The notes beneath the pieces are model-generated. The model made no database searches. It was not told where the DNA came from and saw only the letters and a program-made list of their open reading frames with translations. Source: Octopus sinensis (lineage: Eukaryota). Taken from it: a DNA stretch of 64,000 nt. The stretch lies in NCBI RefSeq assembly GCF_006345805.1, contig NC_043003.1:99510001-99574000 (forward strand), written 5' to 3'. Numbering within the stretch: position 1 is the stretch's first letter; every line of letters starts with the position of its first letter. Made by a program: the position numbers and the translations under genes. Shown here piece by piece: positions 25,331 through 41,986 of this stretch.

Positions 25331-27318
<1,988 letters not shown>

Positions 27319-27334
27319 GTAATAATAATAACAA

Positions 27335-27468
27335 CAAAATCGAAAAATACCTTAGGAATGAGAACCCAGGTTCGAAATTTCCCCAAGACACCTAATGAAT
27401 GTTGGAAACGTTGTGTTAACAACAAACAAGATGAGGACAAATATCCGTCAACTGTAAATAATGTAACT
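27335..27468 (+). mobile_element. Inverted paralog of 25120-25290 with decayed HHR (27387-27417)
   Basis: gacac-CTAATGA-atgttg-GAAA-cgtt-gtgtt after a long (TAA)n. Confidence 0.7.
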
Positions 27469-28319
27469 AAAACTAGATGTTAATATCACTGGCAAATACC
27501 CCTGTCTTTCTTTTTTTATATTACGTTGAGCTATGTCTATTGGGCAGATATGTATCTTAGCACTTAAGCCTGTTGTTAGATCATATCCTCAATGTCGAAA
27601 ATCAGAAAGACATGACCGTAATTTTTGGTTCGTTCAGTAAACAAGACCCGGTTGCATACTTCAACTTATTTTAATTCATTTTTAGAGAGAACACAGTTTT
27701 CCCTTTGCCTGATCTTAGAGAAAATCTTCGAGATAGGCGAGAGACACTTTGTGATATAATCTTGCCAAATTTGTTTAACAAAAATCTAAATTTAGAATCT
27801 GGAGTTTATTATGTATGTACAGGAAACTGTCTGGTTATTACTTATCAGTTGAACAAGGCATTTGTATGTGTAGAGGGAAACTTTCTGGTTATTGTCGCTG
27901 TAGTTATTTTATATTGTCTTAGAAACGCTAAATATACCATTATTTTTTTGTTTCATTGTCGTTTTTTTCCCCTTTCTGTGCAACATATTATGAAAGCACT
28001 TTCAATATAAGGAAAAATACCTACTGTATTTCGTAGGGCGGTGAAAACACGAAAACAATAAGGCCACTGAATAATTATGTTTCTTAGATAAACATAAGGC
28101 CAAGAAATTGATGGGAGGGAACAGTCGATTAAATCGACCTCATAACATTACTGGCACTTTATTTTATCAACTCTGTGAGAATGTAAGACAAAATTGACTT
28201 CAGAATGTAAAGAGCAGGAACAACTACCGAAAGCATTTTACCTGTAGTTACTTATTCTTCATTCTACCAATCCACTGTCTTGCGAGATAATAAATAATAA
28301 CAATACTATAAGAAATAAA

Positions 28320-28730
28320 CAGTATTCACAACAAGGTATGGTCATACAAAAAAGATATAAGTATAAATTGAAAACACAGACCAGAAAAGATTTCAGAGAT
28401 ACACAAAGTTATTCTCTGAATTATATCAACTCACAGAGAGAAGGAGATCAAGAAAAGCGGAGCTTATATTCATAGCAGGCATATTTTGAAAGAGGAAGTA
28501 CCTTCTGATTGATATATCGATTTTAAACATGTGATAATCTGTATCTGAAAGGGAAAATGGAGAAACTATCGGGGATATACAAATCTAGAACGAAAGACAG
28601 TCAGAATTGGAATGTTGAGAATAGAAATACTTTATATATTGATGGAAACTTTGGGAATGATTAAAAGAATATGGCAGACAAATAATCATAATCACATCCC
28701 TTACACATGTAATAGTATGTGCATGTGCAG
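28320..28730 (+). mobile_element. Highly degraded R4/Dong-like RLE fragment
   Basis: KYLLIDISI...EKL..YTNLE-like translation resembling 25650-25850. Confidence 0.4.
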
Positions 28731-29337
28731 TATTATTATACACTGCTCGTCTTTGACGAAGATTTCTTTCAATACAATTGAAAGATGAACAGTAAAATGT
28801 CCATGAAGTGCACGCAGATCAGCGGGAATCCAAACAATAAATATCTACTCATTCTCAATACGTTCTGCTAGATTCGAACGTGAATATGCCGATTCTCATG
28901 AATTATTATAAGCTTGGAAAACATCAGCACGCATTAGCAAATGATTAGTTTACTGAATTTCACTAAACAAGAAAACAAGAGCAAGTGTTCTTGCTAGATT
29001 CATTGATCTGGCGGGGTAGCTTTGACTGAAGAAACACACATTTAGGTCGAAACACCACAGTGTCTCTAACTTCCTTTACATCAATAAATCGCATGTGTTC
29101 TGAACACATATTGTCTAAAGGTGGGGGAGGACGAAAAGCAACTGTGATTAGCATGTTCACGTTTAAATCTGCCAGATCTGATTGAGAATGAATAGCTATG
29201 TTATTGTGAAAAAAAAATTACTTTTGAAGAATTTGAACTAGCCCAATTAAATACTAGGTGTCTTGTCACCAGCGCTACATGATCTGCCAATTCACCGTTC
29301 ATTCCGCCTTCTCTTAATTAAAAACAATATTAATAAT

Positions 29338-31772
29338 TAATTCTTTTATTGGCCACAAGGACTAATATAGATATACACAAAAGGACATGCAACAACATAA
29401 AAGACAATACAAGACGATACAAAGAGTTTTCTGTGTGTAAACAATAAAATCAATCAAAATTAAACAATATAAAATTCTCAAAAGGGGCGGCGCTTTAAGG
29501 CTACTCGTGGAAAAAACCACAAAAGCTACGGGTACCTGACTAACAGGGCAAGAACCCTTCTTTTATTTCTTTACAAGTGTATGCTCAGAATTGGTCCTTT
29601 CACACTAGCCATTCTTCCAACATTCACCCACCTTATAATAAACTTGCTAGAAGACAACACTTCCTTTTCCACCCTCACTTTCCTCTTCAAGTGAAATTTG
29701 AAGAAGTTGATTAGGGCTTGGCCAAAGAGGAAAGTGTCCACCATACTACCTCTTTCGCTACAGCCACCAGACAAATAAAAATTGCCTGCCCCTCCCGGCC
29801 AAAGGAGGGCGGTGGAGCAATCATCACTATGGACTCAGCTGAAAAGCCAGATCCGTCCTAGACGCGACAGCAGGTGTTCGACATAAACCTACAGGTCAGC
29901 AATGCTCGGGCACTAGACGAAGGCATGCAGAACGGTTTTGTCGCTCTGCACACACCTCGGGCAGGCTCGGATGACGGCACTTTCGTGCCTGTAAAGTTTA
30001 TCCTGAACGGGCAGTTCCTCTCAGTAGGACTGCCAGGCGAGGGATTTCTGGAAGTTATCCATAGGCACCGGCCCGAAAGTCCTTCGAAACAGACTAGCAA
30101 GTTGATCCTCGTCGACACCAAGAGTTTCTCCGAGAACGTCGTCGCACTTTCCCTCCGCTAACCCTCTATAGAACGTTAGAGTGGAACTACCAGCGATCGC
30201 ATTGCCCGCCTGGCAGAGGGCTGTGACCGCTTGACGACAATCGAGGTGCCAAGCATCCCTCCTCGGTCTACGCCTAATACAGGATTGCAGCTCAGTCAAA
30301 GACACGAGCTGTGGAAGAGCGTGTCTGACAAGCGACGATCACACCTGCTCACCGTCAAGGAAACACTGGAGATGCCGTAACCAGAGCGCATGTCTGCGCA
30401 TCAGTAACCGCGTCATGCTCAGGCCTCTATTCAGCGTTGTTGACAGCAGATGGAGCGCCTTACTAGTGGAACGTAACCCCTCCCACAGAAAGCGGAAGAG
30501 TAAGCGAACCAGTTTGTTCAGCCAACATAAGGGGCAAGGGACGACGGTCAAGCGGTAATAGATGACGGATGCGATGTACGCATTCGCCACCTCGGCTTGA
30601 TCTTTCAGGGACAGCTTCCTCTCGGCTCATTTCTAGGTGAGATTGGTCACCCTGTTCGCCACCTCGTTCCAGTTTTTCTACACCCGAAGGTTGATCAGAG
30701 CCCCACCCATGCCGGCTTCATTACCCACCCTCTCTCTACGATGTAGCGCATGAGGTGAAGGTTGCCACGAATAATCCTGGTTGGGATGGCATATGTTTGC
30801 GCCAACCTCTTGGTTAGCGCCTTGGCCAAAATCTTCAACTCTGCATTGAACAGAGTGATGGGCCTGAAATTCTCTATAACGTTCCCCTTGTTTGGGTCCT
30901 TTCTCAGCAGTGCCACCGCTCCTCGACAACCAAAAGTGTGAATCCTTCCATTGTTGTGATAGACGTCTGCTAAGAGGCCCGCAAATAAGTGTGACATCGA
31001 AATATAAAGCTCGTAGGGCAGACCATCCAAATCCGGCGATCTGCCTCTCGTGCAGCTCTTCATCGCTTCCTGTACTTCCGCGGCTGTTATCGGCCTTTCA
31101 CAGCAAGCACTCCGCCTCACTCGCCGAGATCGCGGCAGGCCGTCCAGGTAGTACCGACGTTTGCCCTGCTATCCGTCCTACCACTCTTCCCGAACAATCG
31201 AGCAAAGTGCTGCTGAGAAGCCCCGCATATCTGCTTCGGTTCAAACATCTCGCGCCCGTTCTGGTCCACCAAAGATTGAATGGTGGCTTTGTTGTACCAC
31301 TTTGCTTCCGTCACTCAGGTCCATCGAGGTGCTTTCGTTCCCTCCCCGCTTAGTGGACGTGCCTTAGCTTTGACAACGTAGCCTTCGTGTTTAGCGTCGA
31401 AAAATTGGTCGAGGCCCAACATCGCTGCCAACACGTCGGTTGCGATGCCTTTCCTAAGTGCCTTACCTAACTTTCTAACTAAATTTCCCTCTATTCTATT
31501 TCTTTCTACCGATAAAGTCTTACTAAACTAAATGGATTCTACTCTACTTGTCCTTTTAAGAGCATATCACCAGTTGTTCATGACTGCGCCCGTCAGCGCC
31601 CCCTAATCCGATCTCTGTAAGTTTGACACGCCAGTAACGACGTGTCCAGCTTCCAGTAACCGGGATCCTATCTACGAATCCTATCTAAGTCAACCGTACA
31701 GATCATGAATTTGTGGACTGTGTAGCCGACTATGTGAAATTGTGGACAACGTACATTATCCTTCACAACAAT
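29338..31772 (-). mobile_element. 5'-truncated Tx1/L1-clade LINE (ORF2 relic)
   Basis: SPDLDGLPYELY, NFRPITLFNAELKILAK, YWKLDTS; aataaa tail; possible TSD aatattaataat at 29326-29337 and 31773-31784. Confidence 0.85.
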
Positions 31773-31784
31773 AATATTAATAAT

Positions 31785-33110
31785 GATTTCAAATTTTGGC
31801 AGAGGGCCAACAATTTTAGGGGGAAGGTAAGTCGGTTACATCAAACCCAGTATTCAACTGGTACTTATTTTAGTGACCCGAAGGGATGAAAGGCACCTCA
31901 GCGAAATTTGAACCCAGAACGTGAAGGCGGGCGAAATGCACAAAGTATTTTGTACGAGCGTGATAACGATTCTGCCAGCTCACCGCCGTAGACAACAATA
32001 CTAATAATTATGATTTCTGATTTAGGCACAAGACACAAGTTTAGGCACAAGTTGATGTAACCAACTTGTCCACTCTTTTGAGAATAGTGGACAAGTTGGT
32101 TACATTGACTCTAGTACTCGACTATTACTTTATTTTGTAGACCCTGAAAGGATGAAAGGCAAACTTGACCCCTGCAAGAATTGAACTTAGAATGTAAGGA
32201 GCCAGAAGAAATATTGCTAGGCATTTATTCTGACGATCCAACGATTCTGTCTCTTCACTGTCTTAAAAATCTCTATAAATAATAGCCGATATAAACATTG
32301 ATTGGTTGATTGATTTCTCCAACAACACATTACATCTTTTAGGTAAAGGAGAAAGAATAAGAGTGCAAGTTAATATTAGATTTGAAAGTTCCGAGCACAT
32401 ATTAGGCTGGAGTTGATGTAACCAACTTGTCCACTCTTCTCAAAATTTTTGGTCTTGTGCCTAAAGTAAAGAAACATTACACAGACAGTGTGAGAAAGAG
32501 TTATCGAGGAAGAAGAGGAGGAGGGGAGAAATAGAGGAGAAGAGAGAGTAAATAATAGAATAGCTATGAAAGGAATTATACAAACAAGAAATTTTATTTA
32601 AATTTATTTTAAGGTAATAAATATTTGTATAAGAGCCAAGAAATTTATGCCGTATTTCCTGATGTCATCGGTGGTAGTAAAAGTATACTGCTATAGTTCC
32701 CCGCCATATGAAGGGCAACAAGTACTAAAAATGATTGTTTTAAATTTTGGCATGAGGCCAGTAATTTTAGGGGAAGGGCTTCATCGATTACATCAATCCC
32801 TAAACACGACTTGTATTTCCTTTTATTACCTCCGAAAAGATGAAAAGTTGATCCTAACGGAAATTGAATTTTAAACGCAACGAGCCACAAGAAATACCGC
32901 TAGACAGTTATTCCGATGCCCTAACGTATTTACCAGCTTGCTTCCTTAATAATCGTTATAGTAATAACTGTTTCTAATAGTAAGGTATTTAGTCGACTCC
33001 AGTGTAGGACTGGTACTCAATTTTATTTATCCTGGAAGGAAGAAGAGCAAAGTTGACCATAACAGGATTTGAAATCAGAGCGTTAAAAAGCAGAGTATAT
33101 GTAGCTCTGA
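31785..33110 (-). mobile_element. Cluster of four SINE family B (octopus OR-like) copies
   Basis: Copies near 31785-31990, 32020-32265, 32730-32950 and 32985-33110 match the reverse complement of 50176-50391; further decayed copies near 28100, 29220, 47150 and 53100. Confidence 0.75.
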
Positions 33111-33652
33111 CGGTTATGTGTTGGCGCCTATTCCACTATGCCACTCTTTAATATATAATGAGATCACTGACATTGGCATTAAAAGCAGTTATAATCGTTT
33201 AAGAAATCGATAGCACGTTTTGGTTAATCAATTAAACATGACGTATAATAATAATGGAAAAATTTGATTAATTAAAATAATTTTTATTCGAAATTTTCCA
33301 TTGAAAGAAATGGGAAACAAAACGAAAATCCTTCAGACGAGATTAAATGAAGTAAAGCATTCGTTAAATAACTGAACTCTATTGATTTTTAATTGGAAGC
33401 CTGTTGTGAAAGAGTGAAAACTATTTCGTTTTTTTTTGTTTTGTTTTTGTTATGTTAGCAGTAATGGACTGATTGATGGAAAACAGTTACATAAACCTCC
33501 ATCAATAATACTGTCTATCGCACTCTCACCCTCCAACTCCCTCTCTTCATTTTTTTCTCTTTCTCCTGGTATCAATTCGAAATTATTTTTAAATGCATTA
33601 TAAGGTTATTTTAATATTATTTTTGATAATAGTAACATTATTATTATTATTA

Positions 33653-33756
<104 letters not shown>

Positions 33757-33779
33757 TCGTTTACGCACAACAGATTAGA

Positions 33780-34365
33780 CTGTTGGAAAAAAATTCCTAA
33801 CTTTCAGTCTCTGCTTTGAGTCCTGAGCTTCTCAGCTTGTTGTTGGGATTTTAGTACGTCTACTTCTTTTCTGTTTAACTTAATCCAATATTTGACTTGT
33901 AGGTGTTTATCTTGCTATCGTTTTATCATTATACGTTGCTGTTCCAGTTTTAGTTTGGATTAAAGTTGTTTTACAGCTTTTCTTGTTTCTTCTTTTTTCT
34001 TCAGGTACTATATGACTTATTTTTCTTTTATTTGTCAGCTTCCTTAAAGACAGAAAACAGATTTTTTTTGTTTTGTTCGTGCTTTGTGGCTATTTTGTAT
34101 CAGTTTTCCTTGCTTCTGAAGTAGGTATTTCTGTAATCCTATGGTGGTTATTTTGTAATAGATTTCTAGCTGTATAAGGCCGTTAGCACCTTCAATAAGT
34201 TGTATATATAAGCTTTCTATGTCAGATTTTGGGTGGTGCATCATAAATCCTGTCATTATTTATCTTGTTTTCCTGTTTAATTTGATTAATCCAGTTAAGA
34301 ATATTGTAGCTATAACTTATAACTGGGACGGTCAGAGTGTGGATACATATCTTGTTTTTCGCATT
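33780..34365 (-). mobile_element. R4/Dong-like fragment next to long (TTA)n
   Basis: Paralog of 26150-26700 (MHHPKSDIESLY). Confidence 0.8.
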
Positions 34366-36100
34366 ATAAGCCAAAGAAATGGGACATCAGAACATAAGAA
34401 AGGGGAAAACCTTGGTTGAAAAATTTATTTAGGAAAAGACAAGGCGGATGGGGACATACCTCAACTTTGTGAAGACGAGAGGAAATGCTTCAATATTCCC
34501 TCAAAAGGAAAACTTAAAGATGTACTGAAGGAAGTGTGTCACGATGTGCTTTCTATTGATAAAAGTATAGTATATGGAAACCGTTCGAATTCTTGCGACA
34601 CATAGCTAGCTATAGTCTGGCTGGTTCAGCAACAAATAGAATAACGTAATACGCAGAGCTTTGAAAAACAAAGATAAATAAGGTTATATTAGATACGCAA
34701 TATATGATTGAAATTAATTTCGCTTTCAGTGGCGGTAGAACAATAATTTGGTGATAATTGGTAACAACTTCAAAAGTAAAGGTGAGATGATTACATGAAC
34801 ATATGTAAACATATATACATTTACATTCATCTCTCACTCTCTGCATTTCTATCTATCTATCTAATTTTATTTTTATACTTATTTTAATTTTTAGCTTTTA
34901 CTCTTGTAATATTCAACAAATAGGAACATGCCCATATAGGTTTAGCTTTTCTGCTTGTACACTATTATACATTTGTACACCCCTTACATTCGATTCTACA
35001 TTTTAGACATCTTATACTTATCCGCCTGTAACAAGGATAAATATCCTGGTTTTGATTTAATATAAACTATGTACTCCTACTCAGATGATAATTTGATTTA
35101 GTTATAAATTCATTGTGGAATAGTTTTATAATGACCACCTTAGCAATATGCTTAGGAAAGGCCTTATGAACTTTCTCTTATATATTAAAGTACCCCATTT
35201 TTAATGTTTAAGTTTAATTATGTATCCTTTTTCCTTTATATTGTTCTAAAATTCTTTTCTAAATTTTTAATATATTAAACTGGCTCAGTTATGATACACC
35301 TCGTAACCCTAGGTTATAATTCCCACCCTTAGAACTTATTTTGATCTCTTTTATTTTCCACTTTATTCTCCTTTTATTTGACAATCTAAATACGTACTAG
35401 TCACCCTCGTCCTTCTTCCGAGTTATCACCTCTTCTCCATCAGTCATTCTTTTACGAGCAGCTCTGAGATATATCCTTTTATGCGGATAAAGCTACATAT
35501 ACGGTCCCAGTAAAATAAGGCTCCGGGAGAGTATCTGACATTAATTAATTTATAACCATCAACTGGAACTTATCTGTCAACTCCCAGTGGATTTAACTCT
35601 ACAAGTTTGTAGACTATAAGCTGACTAAAATAAAATAAAGATAACGATAAATTAATTATCTCACCATTCCTTTTTCTTGACCCCTCCCCCACTATTTTCC
35701 TTTGCTGCTCTCTGAATTATAGTTAGATTGGTTTCGGCAATTATCGGTCATGAATAACTCAATAGCACCACCTTTTAATTAATTATTTCGAGATTCTATG
35801 GTAGGCTTTAGACACACATTTCCCCCCAAAATTCGTTCTGCCACAAACATAGCATATGCTGCCTAAAATAAAATAAAGATAAAGATAAATTAACTACCTC
35901 ACCATTCCTTTTTCTTGACCCCTACTATTTTCCTCTGTTACTCTCTAAATTATAGTAGGCTTTAGATATACATTTTCCCTAAATTGATTCTGCCACAAAC
36001 ATAGCGAAGGGAAACTATGTAATTATTTTGGCTTTTAGTACTGATATAAATTGTGCTAAAAAAATAGTTTATCTTTTATTCTGAAAATCTATAGGTCGTC

Positions 36101-36187
36101 TGCGCCTGAGGTGAGCGGTTTCTTTCAAATTGATGTAATGATTTCATTGATCGATTAAATGGAGTAGCTTGAAACGGCCGTAATGCA
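36101..36187 (+). ncRNA. Decayed hammerhead ribozyme at the end of a non-coding element (~34860-36215)
   Basis: tgcgc-CTGAGGT-gagc...gctt-GAAA-cggccg-TA-atgca. Confidence 0.5.
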
Positions 36188-36219
36188 TTGATACCTGGAC
36201 ATCCTTGTTACTTATTTGC

Positions 36220-37168
36220 TACATATATGTGTGTGTGCACGCGTATGTATATACATATATATATATATACATACTTACGCGCATACTCGCAGGCGCGCGC
36301 ACACACGCGCTTGCGCCGGTTCGCGCACGCATACGCGCCGCATGCACCTCGCTCTTGGACCCGACGAGACCTCCCGCTCGTTCCTGGGACCATCGCTTGT
36401 CGTTGGGTTTTCCCACGCCCGTCTCCGCGGGACCACTCTTCCATCTTCCCCTCAGCTGTAGTCCTTTTTCCTTAACCCCCCCTTTTTTTGTTACACACGC
36501 GCGCACACATATACACACATTGCTTAAATATATACATTACTCTTACACACATTCAATCTACTCGCCATTAATACTACCACGACACTGGACACACACACAC
36601 ACTACTACTCAACACACGCTGGCACGCTACATACGCCCCCACCCCTTCCCCTCCCTCCCTTCCTCTTTCCTTCTTTTTCTTACTACTGACCACTGTCTGC
36701 TTGCCTACCACTGTCTCGCCCTACCTCACACGCCTACACACAGACGCACACACTAACACATACATATATTTTTTGTTTTTTTATCTCGCCTCACACACAC
36801 ACATACACACACGCACACGCACACACTCACACATACACACACGCACACGCACACTCACGCATACACACCTCATGTTGCGTTACCAACCTTGTCTCCACTC
36901 TTTGGCTTTAAAAACCTACTTTGCTCTTGTTATCGTAAACTTCCGCCTTTCACCATGTGTAACTCGTAAACACCAGTCGTTTTTTTTTCTCTATCCCTGT
37001 TGCCCGCTTTGGGATCTTTCTTTCCTCTCTCCTTCTTTATGTTTCCGACGAAGAGCTCCGCTCGAAACGTCATACCTTCCTGCTTCCATTTCCTGAGCGC
37101 CTATTAATAATAATACTGTAATTGTTCCATTGTTGTTGTTTTTTTGTTTTCCCGTTTGGATTAAAATT
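36220..37168 (+). mobile_element. PLE-type 3' region with decayed HHR (37041-37075)
   Basis: gttt-CCGACGA-agagc/gctc-GAAA-cgtc-atac; cctgagcgc tail shared with 12035-12050 and 41930-41945. Confidence 0.6.
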
Positions 37169-37239
37169 ATATATATATATATACATACATGTATACATAT
37201 ATACATGAAGATACATATACATACACACACACAACACAC

Positions 37240-37305
<66 letters not shown>

Positions 37306-37353
37306 ACACCGTATATAAAGATATAATTACATATATATATGTACATATGTATG

Positions 37354-37385
<32 letters not shown>

Positions 37386-37415
37386 TATATATATATACAT
37401 ATACATACATATATA

Positions 37416-37449
<34 letters not shown>

Positions 37450-37482
37450 CATATGTATATGTATATATATATATATATATAT

Positions 37483-38228
37483 AGGAGAAATACGCCTTCA
37501 AGACCTCAAAAAAACACTATTACAACGTCAATATCCCTCCACCCTTATAGAGTATGGAATAAAACGCGCCAAAGAACTAGACAACACTACACTGAAAACC
37601 ACCCAACCTAACACCACACGCAACCTCAAAATACTTCCATACATTTCCACCCACAACCCCAAAAATATCGAAGCATACACCACAATCATACAAAACCTCA
37701 GTCTACTGTCAACAGACCCAAAAATGAAAAACATTATAAATACACACAAAATCCTCAAATGTAAAAGGCAACACAAATCTTTAAAAAAACTGTTAACAAA
37801 TGCCAAACTTCACACACCACATCCACCCCCAACAGTAAAAAAATGTGCACGCTCAAACTGTGGTACCTGCCCCTTTCTACTTGAAGGCTCTGAATTTACC
37901 TTCAAACAAGGTACGAAGTTTAAAATCAAGACTAACTTCTCCTGTTCCTCCGAGAACCTTATCTACGTTCTCACATGCGCTGGTTGCCAACATAATTATG
38001 TTGGACAAACGAGTCTCCCGTTACGTAAACGAGTAACGGTGCATAAAGAACAAATAAATCTCCCGGAATACCGACAAATTCCACTGAGTGACCACTTAGA
38101 ACCCCAAATTCTATATATTCCCCTTCTACCAATGTAAAGACGGGATCACCACACAGGAGAGAATTAACAAGGAGAATCTCTTTATTGAAAAATTCCAAAC
38201 ACAACTTAATATGCAAACTCCTCGTTGA
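37483..38228 (+). pseudogene. PLE RT thumb plus GIY-YIG
   Basis: [15 protein letters not shown]...CARSNCGTC...[18 protein letters not shown]; late deletion/frameshift. Confidence 0.88.
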
Positions 38229-38860
38229 TCAAACTTCCTTTTTCTACCTCACTCTTCATGGATGGACAAACACAAATATATAAAGATACCATGCATTCAT
38301 CACTTCAAGCTAAAACTTATATTCTTTAAATATCATTTTTACTATTGTTGTTATCACTATCATTTTTATTATAAATGAGATGACAATTTGAAATGCAATT
38401 GTCTATGCAGATGTATATAATTAGAAAATAATATAAATAAAGTGTTAAAATCTGAAAGTTAAGTTAACAAGAAATTATATATCAAAAAGATAACGCAAAT
38501 GAAGCTAAAATGATAATTTTATAATTTGGGTTTTACCATATTATTGAAGAACTCAAAAGAGTTGTCTCCCCTTACTCACAACACAGGAACTGAAGAACCA
38601 CAATTAATACTACTTCCTGTCCTGCCAACATGCTGAATTAAACCACACAACACATGCTCTTAATCCCTTTGGATCTTAATACCTCAAGGTAATTTTTTCG
38701 TGAACAATCATAAAACTCAAGATACACAACGAACTCACAATGTTTCGGAGCACTTATTTTTTAATATTTGTACTTTTTTATCATTATTCTTTTGCAAAAA
38801 ACAATGCAATTTTCTTTTTTTCCCCTTTCTAATTTCTAAAAAAACTTTTTAAAACATAAA

Positions 38861-38901
38861 TATTCTTGACAAGTCATACAATGACGAAAACCGGTTGAAT
38901 A
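38861..38901 (+). ncRNA. Minimal hammerhead ribozyme, U3-A8 variant
   Basis: tattc-TTGACAA-gtcat/atgac-GAAA(a)-ccgg-TT-gaata. Confidence 0.7.
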
Positions 38902-39039
38902 AATATATATTTATATATTTTATCAATTTCTCATTTTATTAAAATTTTCTTTCTTTGAGCATTCTGCATTTTTAAAAAAAATTTTCCTTACTTATTATTT
39001 CTCCACGTGCGGTCAACACAACCCCACCATTTATTGATC

Positions 39040-39144
<105 letters not shown>

Positions 39145-39379
39145 GTACATATATATATATGTACATTTATATATATATATATATCTTTATATACGGTGTT
39201 GAAATGTATTCATAAGGCACATATTGCCATCTATCGTAACGCCCATTTTCCTTACAATTAAAATTGTTAAAAAGTATTTAAATATTGCATAATATAATTT
39301 TTAAAATTTATTTAAAATATATAAATACAGAAACTTGTATAGATAATAATAGAGAAAAGTATTGGACGAAAATTATAAA

Positions 39380-39895
39380 ACATTTACAGGACTTCAGTAT
39401 GTACAATGTTTTTAATTTTTCCTTTGGAGCATATGCGAAGAGTTTCTGTGGGCTTCCTACTCTGGAACAACCTACATACAATTGACTATGTAAGAAACAG
39501 TCCTCTTCTAGATGGAGACTGACAACCTGCAATATTTGACCTTAGGACTTGTTAATGGTCATTGCGTAACTGACTCTCACTGGTAACTGCAATCGTTTGA
39601 AACGAAAAGGGACATCTGTTGGCATAACGGTATTCTAAGTATAAATGCGATGTCTCCCTTACCACATCCAGTGAGAATTTTTGCTTCGATAAGGCGAGGC
39701 TGTAGTTCAGTCACAACTGTGCGTGTACCATTGCACAATCTTAGCTGATCCAGGTTTATGAAAAGCATGATGACTGCATCCTTCTTCAATCCAAGGTTGT
39801 GTGGCGGCATACCGGACGGTTCCAGACTGTTGAGGAATTCTGTAGGATAATGAACAGTATCATCCTCGTCAACTTTGTCGAGAAATTTGTAGATG
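39380..39895 (-). pseudogene. Helitron PIF1-like helicase C-terminal fragment
   Basis: YPTEFLNSLEPSGMPPHNL, LCNGTR, YAMTINKS*GQ, QLYVGCSRV. Confidence 0.88.
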
Positions 39896-40236
39896 TGGCT
39901 ACTTCCATTCTCCCTCTGTCTCGTTTGTTTTTTCTCCGTATTTTTTCTCTTCAGAGAAAAGGAGGAAGAGGTACTGACAGAGAAGACACATATACAACCA
40001 GAAGGTGAGAAAAAACACATGAGAGACACACAGAAAGGAGGTAACAAAGAAAAAAGTGAGATACTGTACCTCTACGTTCTCTCTATCTGTATGTCCCTCT
40101 CCATATCTATGTCTCTCTCACTGTCTATTTAGTGTTTACAGCGGTCAACGAAGAAACAAACTTTGCTTTTTAGAAGGATATATTTTATAAGGATAATATA
40201 TACATACACAGAGAGATAGAGAGAGAGAGAGAGAGG

Positions 40237-40267
<31 letters not shown>

Positions 40268-40715
40268 GCGGGGGAATAAAGGTTTGGCAGAACAAATAAC
40301 AGAAGTAGAACTCGGTATATGAGGATATTTTTGCTCGGCAGATATTGCAAAGTGATTAAAGGGTCGAGAGTCCCTTGAGGCACTTTGATGGCGATGTAAT
40401 ATATATATATATATATTTATATATGTATATTATATTAAAGAACACACACACACACACACACCCATATACACAAATATATACATATAGAATATGAGGGCTT
40501 TGGTTTACTTGTGATCAAAATGAATAGGTACGCTGGGTAAGTGCTATAGTAGGTGGACTGTTAGGTTCCAAGATCATAGCTAAAGCTGGATTTAAGGATC
40601 ATATTAGGTTCCGTTATATCGTGTTTATATTATATTAGAGGAAAAATCAAAATCAAGGCAGAACGCGTATCTCAAGTCATTTAGAATAATTTAATTAGGG
40701 TAAGGTGAATTTGAA

Positions 40716-40791
40716 GTCTTACAGCCGTTTCTAGGCTAACCCAAGTGGTAGGTTAGCATGTTTGTACACTGGGTATTCCGTCATCAGAGAC
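40716..40791 (-). ncRNA. Hammerhead ribozyme with extended stem II
   Basis: gtct-CTGATGA-cgg...ccta-GAAA-cggctg-TA-agac on the minus strand. Confidence 0.65.
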
Positions 40792-41951
40792 AAATTATGA
40801 ATATTTTAGATGGAGAAAGATTGACAGTTTACAAGGAATAAAATAGAAGAATAAAGAGTAAAATAGAAGAATAAAGAGTAAAAGTAGTTAGAAGAATATA
40901 GATAGAAGAATAATGTTCACAACTCCTCTTTTTCCAGAGGATATGGATGTTGGTCGGTACTTCTATGAAGGTATAGGCTTTTAGCTAAAATCCCAGGTAA
41001 ATCCAGGCAGTATTTTGGTAGTATTCTGAACGATGTATTCATATTGTAAATATGTATATAGAGCGAGAAAGTATGATGGGCATAAATGGATTTTGCGAGT
41101 GGGTGTATGAGAGAGAAGGGGGAGAAGGAATGAAAAATAAGATAGAGGTAAAAGGGTAAAAATTGAATTAAGATGAAAATAAAAATATAAATAAAAATGA
41201 TAATAAAAATAATAAATAAAAGAAAAGGTAATGATAGATATATCATAAATGGGTTTTGTGAGTGAGTGTGCATGGGAGAGAGGAGAAAGAGAGAGAGGAG
41301 AAAGGGAATAAGAACAAGATAAGATAGAGGCAATAGGATAAGAAATAAGAATAAAAATAATGAATAAATAAATAAAATTGAAGGTAATGACATAAGTGTG
41401 TCAGTATTGTGTAGGGGTAGAGGTCAAACGTTTAAAGTTTCAGTAGAGTTGGGGGTTGAAGGCCAATCTAGGTAAAGTTATAATGACAATAGCTTCGTGC
41501 AGATATTTCAAATTGTATTTCAAGCTACACAAGATAAAGAATTAAGATTTACAATTAAAATTTAAAACCTAAACTTAAAATTACAAACTAAAAGAACTTT
41601 AAAAACTAAAAATTATTGAGCTGAAATTAGCTGGTTTCTTAGATAGTAATGTTGATGGAGAGGTAGGGTAAAAAGAAGAGAGACCACACACACACACACA
41701 AACGAACACACATATATATACACATACATAGACATAGACATATATACCTACATACACACATATATATACGCACATAAGCGTACATATAAAGCGCACACAT
41801 ATACATACATACATACATACACACACGCATATATGTATATATATATAAAAAGTTAATCCAAACAAGAAAACAGAAAAAAACAGAAAAAAACACAGCAACG
41901 CGAGGACGTGGAACAATTAAAGTATTATTTGACGCTCAGGAAAGAAGGAGG

Positions 41952-41986
41952 GTTTAACGTTTCGAGCGGAACTCTTCGTCAGAAAC
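41952..41986 (-). ncRNA. Minimal hammerhead ribozyme
   Basis: gttt-CTGACGA-a-gag(ttccg)ctc-GAAA-cg-TT-aaac; lies in a PLE-type 3' end at 41850-41998. Confidence 0.75.
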
